Program-made: the position numbers and the translations under genes
From: a virus
Reading direction: 5' to 3' (one strand)
Virus record (IMG/VR): IMGVR_UViG_3300037193_001436
Location: 1-64,000 of that record
DNA length: 64,000 nt
Shown: positions 37,627 through 45,644 of the stretch, one piece after another
How positions within the stretch are numbered: position 1 is the stretch's first letter
Layout of the letters: every line of letters begins with the position of its first letter
Notes under the pieces: model-generated
What the model saw: only the letters and a program-made list of their open reading frames with translations
What the model was told of the DNA's origin: nothing
Databases searched by the model: none

Positions 37627-37929
37627 TCAGGGGACGATCACGGCCCGGGTCTCTTTGGGAAACCCGTCGGCGACGTAGTCCAGCCAGGAGTTGCGGTTAT
37701 TCACCGTGGCGACGTACTGCAGCGTGAGCCGCTGCTGCACCTTCGGGTCGGTGGCGTTCCGCAACAGGTCCTCCAGCACGTCGATCTCCTTGTCGCGCGT
37801 GGCGATCATCGCCTCCGCCCCGGCCGCCCGCTTGCGCGGAAGGCTCGACCGGAACGGCGAGGACTCGACCGGACCGTTGCGGTCCGCCGTCCTGCTGTCC
37901 CGGGGGAAGGTGGCGACTCGACGAGCCAT
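37627..37929 (-). CDS. Hypothetical protein
   Basis: Promoter cassette and AAGGAG RBS upstream. Confidence 0.7.
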   Translation of the reverse strand: MARRVATFPRDSRTADRNGPVESSPFRSSLPRKRAAGAEAMIATRDKEIDVLEDLLRNATDPKVQQRLTLQYVATVNNRNSWLDYVADGFPKETRAVIVP

Positions 37930-37943
37930 GATGGCGTCTCCTT

Positions 37944-38001
37944 GCGTGGTGGAGCCACCATGGAATCACAACTGTGAGTCATGTGTCTACTTGACTCGCG
38001 G
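37944..38001 (-). promoter_or_regulatory. Repeated promoter cassette, copy 6
   Basis: + strand GCGTGGTGG...CTGTGAGTCATGTGTCTACTTGACTCGCGG. Confidence 0.75.
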
Positions 38002-38052
38002 GTTAGGTTGAACAACTAACCGCCAGGCTCGATCGCCCTAGCCTGTTGGGCA

Positions 38053-38201
38053 TCGACGATTGGTGTAGTGGCCCGGCACCCCACGCCGGGAGCTGCCTGC
38101 ACATCTCTCGGCGGCGTCCGGACGCTCGGGCCGAGCGAATTACTGCACGTGGTTAGCACGCCGGGGCACCGGTGGGCGGGGTTCGATTCCCTGATCGTCG
38201 A
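38053..38201 (+). ncRNA. tRNA-like RNA with expanded, anticodon-less central region (about 149 nt)
   Basis: TCGACGAT/ATCGTCGA closing stem, D-arm GTGT-AGTGGCCCG-GCAC, T-arm CGGGG-TTCGATT-CCCTG; TAGCCT -10 at 38039-38044. Confidence 0.65.
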
Positions 38202-38215
38202 CTTACACTGCGGAC

Positions 38216-38467
38216 ATGAAGCTCATCGGGATCCCACCGCGTGCGACCCAGGCCCAGCAGGCGCTCAACCGGCTGCACCACGAGGTGATGTACGCCGTCG
38301 AGGGGGGTGAGCTGGCCGGGAACTTGACCGAGCTGGCGGAGGCACTGGCGATCGCCGTGCAGATCGGCCGCCTGATCGACAAGGCCTTGCCCGAGGGACA
38401 TCCCGAGCGAATTCAATTTGAGAACGCACTGAACTTCATGCAGGGCCTACACGAGTATCCCCGCTGA
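38216..38467 (+). CDS. Hypothetical protein
   Basis: Leaderless (TACACT-N6-ATG). Confidence 0.65.
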   Translation: MKLIGIPPRATQAQQALNRLHHEVMYAVEGGELAGNLTELAEALAIAVQIGRLIDKALPEGHPERIQFENALNFMQGLHEYPR

Positions 38468-38473
38468 AATTCG

Positions 38474-38725
38474 TCAGCGGAACTGGTCGGCGTTCAGGTA
38501 GGAATTCGCCTGGCCGATCTGGGGCCGGGTCGTCGGCCCATTCGACCCCATGCTCGGGATCGGCATCGCTGGGGACTTGACCATCCTCGCCAGCGCCGAT
38601 TCGGCTCCGCCACCGGCAGCACCTTCGGCTGCCGTTCCAGCGGCTGCCCGGCCGAGCATCGATGCTCCAACCCTCATCAGGGCAGCACGCCCTACCGCTG
38701 CGGCGACTGGTGCGAGGAAGGCCAT
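38474..38725 (-). CDS. Ala/Gly-rich small protein with C-terminal LNADQF motif
   Basis: Leaderless (GACAAT-N6-ATG); ends 'YLNADQFR'. Confidence 0.65.
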   Translation of the reverse strand: MAFLAPVAAAVGRAALMRVGASMLGRAAAGTAAEGAAGGGAESALARMVKSPAMPIPSMGSNGPTTRPQIGQANSYLNADQFR

Positions 38726-38814
38726 GCATCCATTGTCGCGCTCAGCCCGGATCGCTTGTAAGTAACAACTACCGGCCGTGGAAATCGGCCTACCGGTCTC
38801 GGCAGGCTGGATGC

Positions 38815-38970
38815 ATGACCGATGAGGAGTGGATCGAGCGGACGCTGGCCGACGCGCCAGAGCGTCTGTCTGACCGCACCCGCGAGATCATCCTGCGTTG
38901 GCGAACCACACGACCTCAAGCCGCTCCGGATTCCACCGAGCGTTCCGAGATGCAGCCTTCTGCACGATGA
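38815..38970 (+). CDS. Small protein, candidate recombination directionality factor
   Basis: CAGGCT-N6-ATG; 'WIERTLADAPERLSDRTREII'; converges on and overlaps integrase 3' end. Confidence 0.45.
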   Translation: MTDEEWIERTLADAPERLSDRTREIILRWRTTRPQAAPDSTERSEMQPSAR

Positions 38971-40372
38971 TGACCTCGATCTCGGACTGCACCAGCTCAC
39001 GCTTCTGGTCGTAGTAGTCGGGGTCGTCCCAGTGCTCCAGCACGTCCTTCATGTGATCGCGGTTGACCGCCGTCGCGTCGTTGCGGGCCCAGGCTTTCCG
39101 CTGCTTGATCAGCACCTCGGACTCCTGCTCGACCTTGCTGATTTCCGGGAAGACCACCGCAGCCGACAGGGCCCCGGACCGGTACGCGGCCATCAGCTCG
39201 GTCTTCTGCTCCTGGAGACGGGCCAGATCCGCTTCGCCCGGCCACGCGGTGGCGATGTGCTGGTCGAACTTCTCATCCGAGCGAGTGAGCCGGGTAAAGA
39301 CCAGCTCGGAGATCAGTTGATCGGTCCGCGTGAGGTGGATGTAGTTGGACCCGCAATTGAACCGCTTGCCGGACCCCGGCGGGCACTTGTAGGAGCTGGT
39401 GTCCTGGCCCTTGTAGTCCGCTCGACCGCCGGACATCTTGCAGGAGCAGACGCAGCGCATCCGGCCGGAGCACAGGTGCTTGCGGCTGAAGTCCAGGTGG
39501 GCGACGGCGGCGGCGTTCCCATCGAGGCGGGCCTGGATCCGCTCCCACTCCTGAGGGGAGCAAAGAGGCGCGTTGCTCTCGACCGGCTTCCCGTTCACCA
39601 TGATCGGGAAGTTCTTGTACCCGCGCCAGCCAGCCAGGCGCGGCATTCTCAGCCAGGCGCGGAGGGCAGCGGTTGTCCAAGGCCCCCCGCTGGTGTGGTT
39701 CACGTTCTCGGCTCGCAGCCACTTGACGATCGTGCCGCCCTTGTGGCCCGCGAGGTACTTCATGATGATCTGCCGCGCGACTGGGCCCTCGACGGGGTGC
39801 AGGTCGACCTTGTTCTTCTCCCAGCCGAACGGCCGGAAGCGACTGCCGACCGGTCTGCCCATCTCGGCCAGCTCCAGGTGCTTACGCCCCACGCGCCGAG
39901 AGGTGTCGTACGAGGACTTGTTGGCCATCGTGACCAGGAGTCGGGCGAACGTCCGGCCGTCGGCCGTGGCCAGGTTGAGGTCGTTGGTGACGGTCGCGAA
40001 TACCAGGTTCTGGTCCGCCTCGTACAGGTCGATCGCGGCCTCCAGCTCCTTCGGCTGGCGGGTGAAGCGGTCGATGTCGTACGCGACGATGCCCTGAATG
40101 ATCCCGGCCTTCAGATCGGCCAGCATCTGCCAGAACTGCTCCCGGAAGACGTTGCGCTTGTAGGCCGACAGATCGTCGTCGACATAGACCTTGTGGACGG
40201 TCCAATTCCGGGCTTTGGCCAGCGCCCGGCCATCCTTCTCCTGGCGCTTGACGCCCGCACTGAACTCGTCCGGGTTGTTCTTGGACTCGTCGTCCTTGTC
40301 CTCGGAGATCCGGGCGTAGACACCAACCAGGATCGGCGGATTCGCCAGCCGCTGCTTCTTCCCCGTGTTCAT
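38888..40372 (-). CDS. int: Large serine integrase
   Basis: 'YARIS' catalytic Ser, 'VKRQ', 'YVDDDLSA', 'DIDRFTR', recombinase domain 'PFGW', Zn ribbon, coiled coil. Confidence 0.95.
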   Translation of the reverse strand: MNTGKKQRLANPPILVGVYARISEDKDDESKNNPDEFSAGVKRQEKDGRALAKARNWTVHKVYVDDDLSAYKRNVFREQFWQMLADLKAGIIQGIVAYDIDRFTRQPKELEAAIDLYEADQNLVFATVTNDLNLATADGRTFARLLVTMANKSSYDTSRRVGRKHLELAEMGRPVGSRFRPFGWEKNKVDLHPVEGPVARQIIMKYLAGHKGGTIVKWLRAENVNHTSGGPWTTAALRAWLRMPRLAGWRGYKNFPIMVNGKPVESNAPLCSPQEWERIQARLDGNAAAVAHLDFSRKHLCSGRMRCVCSCKMSGGRADYKGQDTSSYKCPPGSGKRFNCGSNYIHLTRTDQLISELVFTRLTRSDEKFDQHIATAWPGEADLARLQEQKTELMAAYRSGALSAAVVFPEISKVEQESEVLIKQRKAWARNDATAVNRDHMKDVLEHWDDPDYYDQKRELVQSEIEVIIVQKAASRNARWNPERLEVVWFANAG

Positions 40373-40388
40373 GCCGCCATGCTCCCAG

Positions 40389-40438
40389 TCGATAGTGTTT
40401 CGAGTCAACTGGGACCAGTTGAATTAGAACGCTATCGA
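40389..40438. other. Putative attP of serine integrase
   Basis: 24-bp imperfect inverted arms (19/24 matching) around central GA at 40413-40414, immediately upstream of int. Confidence 0.75.
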
Positions 40439-40484
40439 GATTCCCAGGCTTGACCTGACGGACTGTTGTTGTACCGTACGCGCC

Positions 40485-40625
40485 ATGGACGAGGACAAGG
40501 CTGTCGACCTGCCGGAGCTGGATGCGCTCAGCAGGGAGTTCGTCGACAAGACGCGCGCAGTGCTTGAAGAGTACGAGGCGCACCACGCGCGGGAAATCGC
40601 TCGGTGCCGAGCCGGTGACAGATAG
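40485..40625 (+). CDS. Small hypothetical protein (46 aa)
   Basis: TTGACC-N16-TACCGT promoter then ATG; divergent from int. Confidence 0.5.
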   Translation: MDEDKAVDLPELDALSREFVDKTRAVLEEYEAHHAREIARCRAGDR

Positions 40626-41066
40626 CCACTAGTTGTTGTACCGTCATGCGCCTGTGAGGTGGAAGTGCGCCATCTCGGCACGCCGGACGGGGCGTGTGGC
40701 GCACAAAGGAAGGACCCCCCGGCGCGAGGGCTAGGGGGTCCTTCTTCTCGTGAGGATCGGTCTCCGGGGTTGGTAGATCCCCGGACCACCGCAGGAGCGT
40801 GGCTTTCACCACCACGCGTCCGCCAGGCTCCACCGCCTCACGCGGGTCTTCAGTTGTCGGCCGCAGCCCGCTCTTGCTCCTTGCGGCGATAGATGCGCTC
40901 TACCCAGCCCGGGTACAGCGTCTCCAACGCCGCGTGCAGGTCCTGGATTCGGCTGCGGGGCACGGTGACAGTGTAGGTGTCGCCGTTCTTGAGGTTCCGT
41001 TCGGACAGCGCGGTGACGACCCGGACGGCGGCGACCTCCAACTCCTCCTGGGGCGTGCGCTCCTTC

Positions 41067-41555
41067 TCAGCCACGGTCGGCCTCCGGCGGGTTCGGCGCG
41101 GCCACGGCACCGCTGTCGGTGTGCGCCCAGGTCATACCCTGCCCGCCCTGGACCCGCTTGATGCGCTGGCCGCAGTACTTGCAGTGCTGCTCGTCGGCGG
41201 CGGGGACGGCCACATGTACCGGCAGGTGGTTGCCGGTCCAGTGCTCGACCCAGCTCCGCAGCGCCATCAGCTCCAGGGCCGCCTGCTTGATGTCGGAATC
41301 CGGGCCTTGCGGGTCCAGATTGCTCAGCTCCCGGTCGATGTCCCGAAGAAGGTCGTCGGTCTGAAACGCAAACCCGTGGCTGAGCCGCGAGAAGTTCTGG
41401 CCGTCGGTGCCGGGGCTGTGCCACCAGGACGCGATGGTCTTGGCAGCCAGGTCAGAGATGACCCTGTTCTCGTCGTCGGCGTCGGAGATCTCTGCGTGGA
41501 CGTCTTCCGAGTCCAGCAGTTCGCCGACATCGCGGATCAGTACGTAGTAGCTCAT
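41067..41555 (-). CDS. Hypothetical protein
   Basis: AGGAG RBS and promoter cassette upstream. Confidence 0.7.
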   Translation of the reverse strand: MSYYVLIRDVGELLDSEDVHAEISDADDENRVISDLAAKTIASWWHSPGTDGQNFSRLSHGFAFQTDDLLRDIDRELSNLDPQGPDSDIKQAALELMALRSWVEHWTGNHLPVHVAVPAADEQHCKYCGQRIKRVQGGQGMTWAHTDSGAVAAPNPPEADRG

Positions 41556-41568
41556 GGTGTGACTCCTC

Positions 41569-41625
41569 TGCGTGGTGGTCCCACCATTGTCAGCGGCCTG
41601 CCAGGGATGTGTCAACTTGGCTAGC
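41569..41625 (-). promoter_or_regulatory. Repeated promoter cassette, copy 7
   Basis: - strand TTGACA-N17-GACAAT...CCACCACGCA-GAGGAG. Confidence 0.75.
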
Positions 41626-41941
41626 GGGTCAGTTCGCGGGCGAGCTGGCGCATCTCGGCCTCGACGTTGACGGCGTATCCCTGCTCGTGCTGGGCCAGAG
41701 CCTGGTCGACCAGGACTTCGAGCCGTTCGTAGACCTGCTGCTCCTGGGGACTTTGTCCGTGGCAGGGACAAATGCACGGGGCCGCACACCACTTGCAGGT
41801 CCCGGGGACTTTCTCCTCCCCCTGCAGATTGGTCCTGCACTGGCAGTGCTGGTGGTTCTCGTGCAGGCAGGCGGTGGACAGGTAGACGTGCGGAGCGCTG
41901 TACCCGGGCCCCGGGGCCTGGGTGTAGTTAGTACTGCTCAT
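41621..41941 (-). CDS. Cys/His-rich hypothetical protein
   Basis: 'HVYLSTACLH...CKWCAAPCICPCH'. Confidence 0.7.
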   Translation of the reverse strand: MSSTNYTQAPGPGYSAPHVYLSTACLHENHQHCQCRTNLQGEEKVPGTCKWCAAPCICPCHGQSPQEQQVYERLEVLVDQALAQHEQGYAVNVEAEMRQLARELTR

Positions 41942-43449
41942 CGCTCGACGACCTCGGCGTCGGGGTAGTACTGCTCGATCGCGCGGTCGGCCGGAACGGG
42001 CTCAGGAAGCGCTCTGGCGCGTTCTGAGGCCTCGTCACCGAACAGACGGGCCAGCATGCCGGGGCCGCCGCCGGAGCCCTTAGCGTCGATCCTGAGACTG
42101 AAGGTCCCCTCCTCCAGCTCGAACTTCTGCTTGATCATCTTGTTCAGCCGGTCGATCTCGCCGGACAGGTTGGGGTCGCTGTAGCCGCCCTCGGCTTCCT
42201 CGGCGAATCGCATGAATAGCACGCGTTGCGTCTGCATCTCGATCAGCGCGTCCTGCAGCGACTTGAACTGGTCACGGGTCTTGATCTGGATCGGGATGTC
42301 GTACTTGCAGGCGCTGCCCGGCTCGAAGCTCGGGCACTTGTTGGCCAGGAAGCAGGAGTCGCAGACCCGGGTCGACTCGCTGCGGATCCCGATGACCGAG
42401 ACCTCGACGTCCTCCTCGGTCCCGTCCTCGTTCTGGACCTTCGAGGTGCGCTTGCCGAGTCCCATGACCGGGATCGGGACTTTGTCCCGTTGGACAGGAG
42501 TTGATGCACGGTGCGCCGTTTCAGGACCAGGACTATCAACTACTGGAAGTCCCGATGCATCGAATGGGTCCGTGTCCTCATCCTGGGGTGTAGTGACTAC
42601 TTTGTCCTGTTCGGGAGCTGAGGGCTCGCCATGGTGCCGGTTGATGTGGTCCTCCAGTTGCCGCCAGGACCAAAGGCTGAGCCGCAGCACTTCGGTCGCG
42701 TCGCCGTCCTCGACCTTCTGCGGGTCCAGCCCGATCCGCTCGAACAGGGTGCGATGGCGCTTGCGGGCCTGCTCCTTGTAGGCCTTCGGGTACCGCTTCA
42801 GCTCGTTGTTGGCCCACACGATCGTGTCGCCGTACCGCTGGGGTGAGATCCAGCTCGTGGAGGCCACCGAGTCCCACTGGACGGTCTGCATCTCCTCGAC
42901 CTTGGTCATCGCCACGCCATGGAGCTTGACACCGTAGCGGGAGACCAGGGAGTTGAGCAGCGGGACCAGGTTCCGGCCGCCGAGCGCGGTCTGCGGGACC
43001 CCGATGCGCTTGTAGGTCCTGGCCATCTCCTGCAGGACCTCGATCCCCCAGTCGGGGTGCCAGATGACCAGCAGTTTGTCCGGGCCGAGCATGTCCAGCC
43101 ACCAGTCGCGCTCGTTCTCGATCCAATTTCTCCCGAGCGGGAGGGCGTCGAACTCCGAAGCGAACTCGATCCGGTCCAGGTTGGAGTCGACGAACGCGCG
43201 GTAGGACAAATACATGTCCTTCAGCTCCCGCTGGCTGTAGGCGTCCTCGTCCTTGGTGTTAACCGTGTAGGCCCCGGAGTCGACGAAGATCCTGGCGTCG
43301 TCGTGGAACTTGTCGGCCAGCAGCCAGGGGCGGGAGAATTTCACCCGGCGGCGCAGGCCGACGAAGGACAACGCGACGTGCGGGGCCTGGGACTCGGTCA
43401 GGATCTTGCGGTGCGAGGGGACCTCTCCCCCGGCCAGGTACAGCCTCAC
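41938..43449 (-). CDS. TGT/DpdA-like (queuine transglycosylase fold) protein with C-terminal Zn-binding domain
   Basis: 'IFVDSGAY', 'VIWH', 'KLHGVA', 'DSVASTSW'; C-terminal 'CDSC...CPSF...C'. Confidence 0.75.
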   Translation of the reverse strand: MRLYLAGGEVPSHRKILTESQAPHVALSFVGLRRRVKFSRPWLLADKFHDDARIFVDSGAYTVNTKDEDAYSQRELKDMYLSYRAFVDSNLDRIEFASEFDALPLGRNWIENERDWWLDMLGPDKLLVIWHPDWGIEVLQEMARTYKRIGVPQTALGGRNLVPLLNSLVSRYGVKLHGVAMTKVEEMQTVQWDSVASTSWISPQRYGDTIVWANNELKRYPKAYKEQARKRHRTLFERIGLDPQKVEDGDATEVLRLSLWSWRQLEDHINRHHGEPSAPEQDKVVTTPQDEDTDPFDASGLPVVDSPGPETAHRASTPVQRDKVPIPVMGLGKRTSKVQNEDGTEEDVEVSVIGIRSESTRVCDSCFLANKCPSFEPGSACKYDIPIQIKTRDQFKSLQDALIEMQTQRVLFMRFAEEAEGGYSDPNLSGEIDRLNKMIKQKFELEEGTFSLRIDAKGSGGGPGMLARLFGDEASERARALPEPVPADRAIEQYYPDAEVVER

Positions 43450-43832
43450 GGAACCATCCCCGGCGGGCTCATCCGCTGGCTGTAGGTGCGCTTGGTGAAC
43501 TTGGCCGGAGAGGGCATGGTCGGGGTTGACGTGTTGGTGGCCGGGATCGGGCCGACCGGGCCGGGGATGGACGGCCGGTAGTAATCCGACCAGCGCCGGA
43601 CGCCCTCGCCGAGCTTCTGCATGCCCTCCATGGCGGCCTGGCGGGTGTCCAGGGCCCGCAGGCCAGGGTTGCGCATGTAGGTGTAGGGGTCGGTGTGACC
43701 GTAGCGGTGGGCCAGGGCGAATGAGTGAGCCGCTGCGAACAGCGGGTGCGTCCCGGCGGCGTTGAAGCCGGTGACGCCGATTTCGGCCGTGCCCTGCAGC
43801 CGGGAGAAGTCGGCGTTGATGTCGCTGCTCAT
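43446..43832 (-). CDS. Hypothetical protein
   Basis: 4-bp overlaps with both neighbours. Confidence 0.65.
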   Translation of the reverse strand: MSSDINADFSRLQGTAEIGVTGFNAAGTHPLFAAAHSFALAHRYGHTDPYTYMRNPGLRALDTRQAAMEGMQKLGEGVRRWSDYYRPSIPGPVGPIPATNTSTPTMPSPAKFTKRTYSQRMSPPGMVP

Positions 43833-44329
43833 AGGGTTTCCCTTTCCATCGAGTCCTCCTCGGCCCGCAGGGTGTTCTGCCGGTCGGTCTCGGCGACCAG
43901 GTCGTCCCAGCGGCGTGGCGATCCGTTGTAGTCCGGCCGCCAACTCGGCACCGAGTACTGCGGGTGCAGGTAGAGCAGGGTGGGGACGCCTTCGGCCAGC
44001 AGCGCGGCGGCGATCTTGGGATCGGGCTCGATGACCAGGGAGATCGGTCCGTTGCGCCGCATCCGGAAGATCTGCGCCAGCCGCCGGTCGGCGATGGAAC
44101 CGCCGTCGGACAGCACCGAGACGTCGATGCCGACGTGGCCGGTGATCCGGTGGATCTTGAGGAAGTGCTCGATGGCGACCTGGTCGCGCACGAAGCCGTC
44201 GGCCAGGAAGGTGACGCGGCCGAACTGCTTCAGGCCCTCGAACAGCATCAGGCCGTTGGGGTTGGGCACGCTCTGGTCGGTGATCCGGCGGATGACGCCG
44301 TCCAGGGTGATCCCGATCTGACCGGTCAC
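43829..44329 (-). CDS. HAD-fold-like protein (degenerate motif I)
   Basis: 'IGITLDGVI', 'PNPNG', 'VIEPDP'. Confidence 0.55.
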   Translation of the reverse strand: MTGQIGITLDGVIRRITDQSVPNPNGLMLFEGLKQFGRVTFLADGFVRDQVAIEHFLKIHRITGHVGIDVSVLSDGGSIADRRLAQIFRMRRNGPISLVIEPDPKIAAALLAEGVPTLLYLHPQYSVPSWRPDYNGSPRRWDDLVAETDRQNTLRAEEDSMERETL

Positions 44330-45324
44330 TGCGGATACCTCCGGGCGTACAGGGCTGCGGCCCGCAGGGTCTCCTGCGCGTTCGTCAGGGGCTGGCCGTA
44401 GGTGTCGGTTTCGTAGTCGGTGCGGCCGGTGTGCCGGGCGCTCCAGACCTCGTGAAGGGCCTGGGCGGTGCCGAACTGCTTGTGGGCCTGCCAGCGGAAG
44501 TTGGCGAAGTCGCCGTACCCCTCGCCCTGTTCGCCGAAGGCACTGCGTCGGCCGAGGTGGATGTCGTCGTACAGTGCGCCGATTTGGTCTGCGACGACCT
44601 GCAGGTTGCGGCTGTTGGTCGACCAGGCGGGCGTGCCGGGGACCGACGTACGGATCGCGCCCTGGACATGGTTGTAGCGCTGGATCAGCGAATCGGCCAG
44701 CCGTCGCTCGTCCTCGACGTAGTCCCACCATCCCTTGGGATAAAGGGTTTTCGGGTCCTCGGGCAGGATCGGGGGCTTCACGGTCCAGGTGTCCGAGGTG
44801 AGGTTGTAGGCGGCGTACGGGTGGATGTCCCGGATGTCGCTGCCAGTGGCGTTGACGTAGAAGGTGACCTCGAACGGCCCCGAGAATCCCCCGGCGCTGA
44901 AGATCTGGTGGGCGGTCTTGGGCCACAGGTCGCGGTGCAGCTCCTGGTTGATCTGGTCGGCGGCTTCGGCGTCGCTCAACCCACGCATGTCGGGGTTGTG
45001 GAGGAAGAACAGCGGCCAGTTGACACCGATCAGCACATCAAGGTCGCCGTTGCCTCGATCGGCGGCCCACTGATGGGAGATCCCTGACCCGGCGATCCAG
45101 ACAGTGGACCAGCTCGACGGCCGGATGTACCTCTCGTCCCAGTAGGCATACAGGGTCCGCACGATCCAACGGCGAACCTCGGGCCGGATCCGGTCGCCGT
45201 CGAACAGCCGAGGATCGAGGGAGTTGGAGGGCCGGGAGAAGTAGCCGGACTGTCCCTCGTGAATACCAACTGGCCCGGCCGCTGCGGCTCGGGCCAGGTA
45301 GTAGTTCAGGCCGGGGACACCCAT
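44326..45324 (-). CDS. Pol-beta superfamily nucleotidyltransferase
   Basis: 'IAGSGIS...GDLDVLIGV...EVTFYV'. Confidence 0.8.
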   Translation of the reverse strand: MGVPGLNYYLARAAAAGPVGIHEGQSGYFSRPSNSLDPRLFDGDRIRPEVRRWIVRTLYAYWDERYIRPSSWSTVWIAGSGISHQWAADRGNGDLDVLIGVNWPLFFLHNPDMRGLSDAEAADQINQELHRDLWPKTAHQIFSAGGFSGPFEVTFYVNATGSDIRDIHPYAAYNLTSDTWTVKPPILPEDPKTLYPKGWWDYVEDERRLADSLIQRYNHVQGAIRTSVPGTPAWSTNSRNLQVVADQIGALYDDIHLGRRSAFGEQGEGYGDFANFRWQAHKQFGTAQALHEVWSARHTGRTDYETDTYGQPLTNAQETLRAAALYARRYPQ

Positions 45325-45407
45325 ACCTTCAGGTTAGTTGCGCAGGCACCCGAACTTGGAGCGAGCGAAGTTGTTGTACGCAAGCTTTCTATATGCGCCT
45401 TCGCCGG

Positions 45408-45644
45408 TTACCCCCCAAGTCGGCGCGAAGTTCCTGCAATCGTGACCTTGGTGACCGGGAGGCCGACCTCGTCGATCTCGACGGTGACCGCCTGCAGGCC
45501 GGGGAAGCGGTGGTTCGGGTAGTGCCGCGCGTCGTTCCAACCTGCCTGGTAGGCGGCCTGGGTCAGGTACTCGATCCAGGCCTTCATCTGACCTGACCAG
45601 GACAAGGGGAACGGCGGCGGGATCTCCTCAGGCGGCTTGCTCAT
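45408..45644 (-). CDS. Hypothetical protein
   Basis: 4-bp overlap. Confidence 0.55.
   Translation of the reverse strand: MSKPPEEIPPPFPLSWSGQMKAWIEYLTQAAYQAGWNDARHYPNHRFPGLQAVTVEIDEVGLPVTKVTIAGTSRRLGG

Noticed and set aside
32441-38201. Calling the two tRNA-like elements functional tRNAs or tmRNA
   Set aside because: Neither has a 7-nt anticodon loop on a 5-bp stem; both are far too short for tmRNA and lack a tag ORF.
22556-41625. Dispersed repeats as a CRISPR array or integron attC sites
   Set aside because: Separated by kilobases of genes, contain promoter and RBS elements, lack attC GTTRRRY ends, and no tyrosine integron integrase is present.
41938-43449. Claiming 7-deazaguanine DNA modification
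   Set aside because: No precursor biosynthesis genes in the window and the expected catalytic Asp appears substituted.
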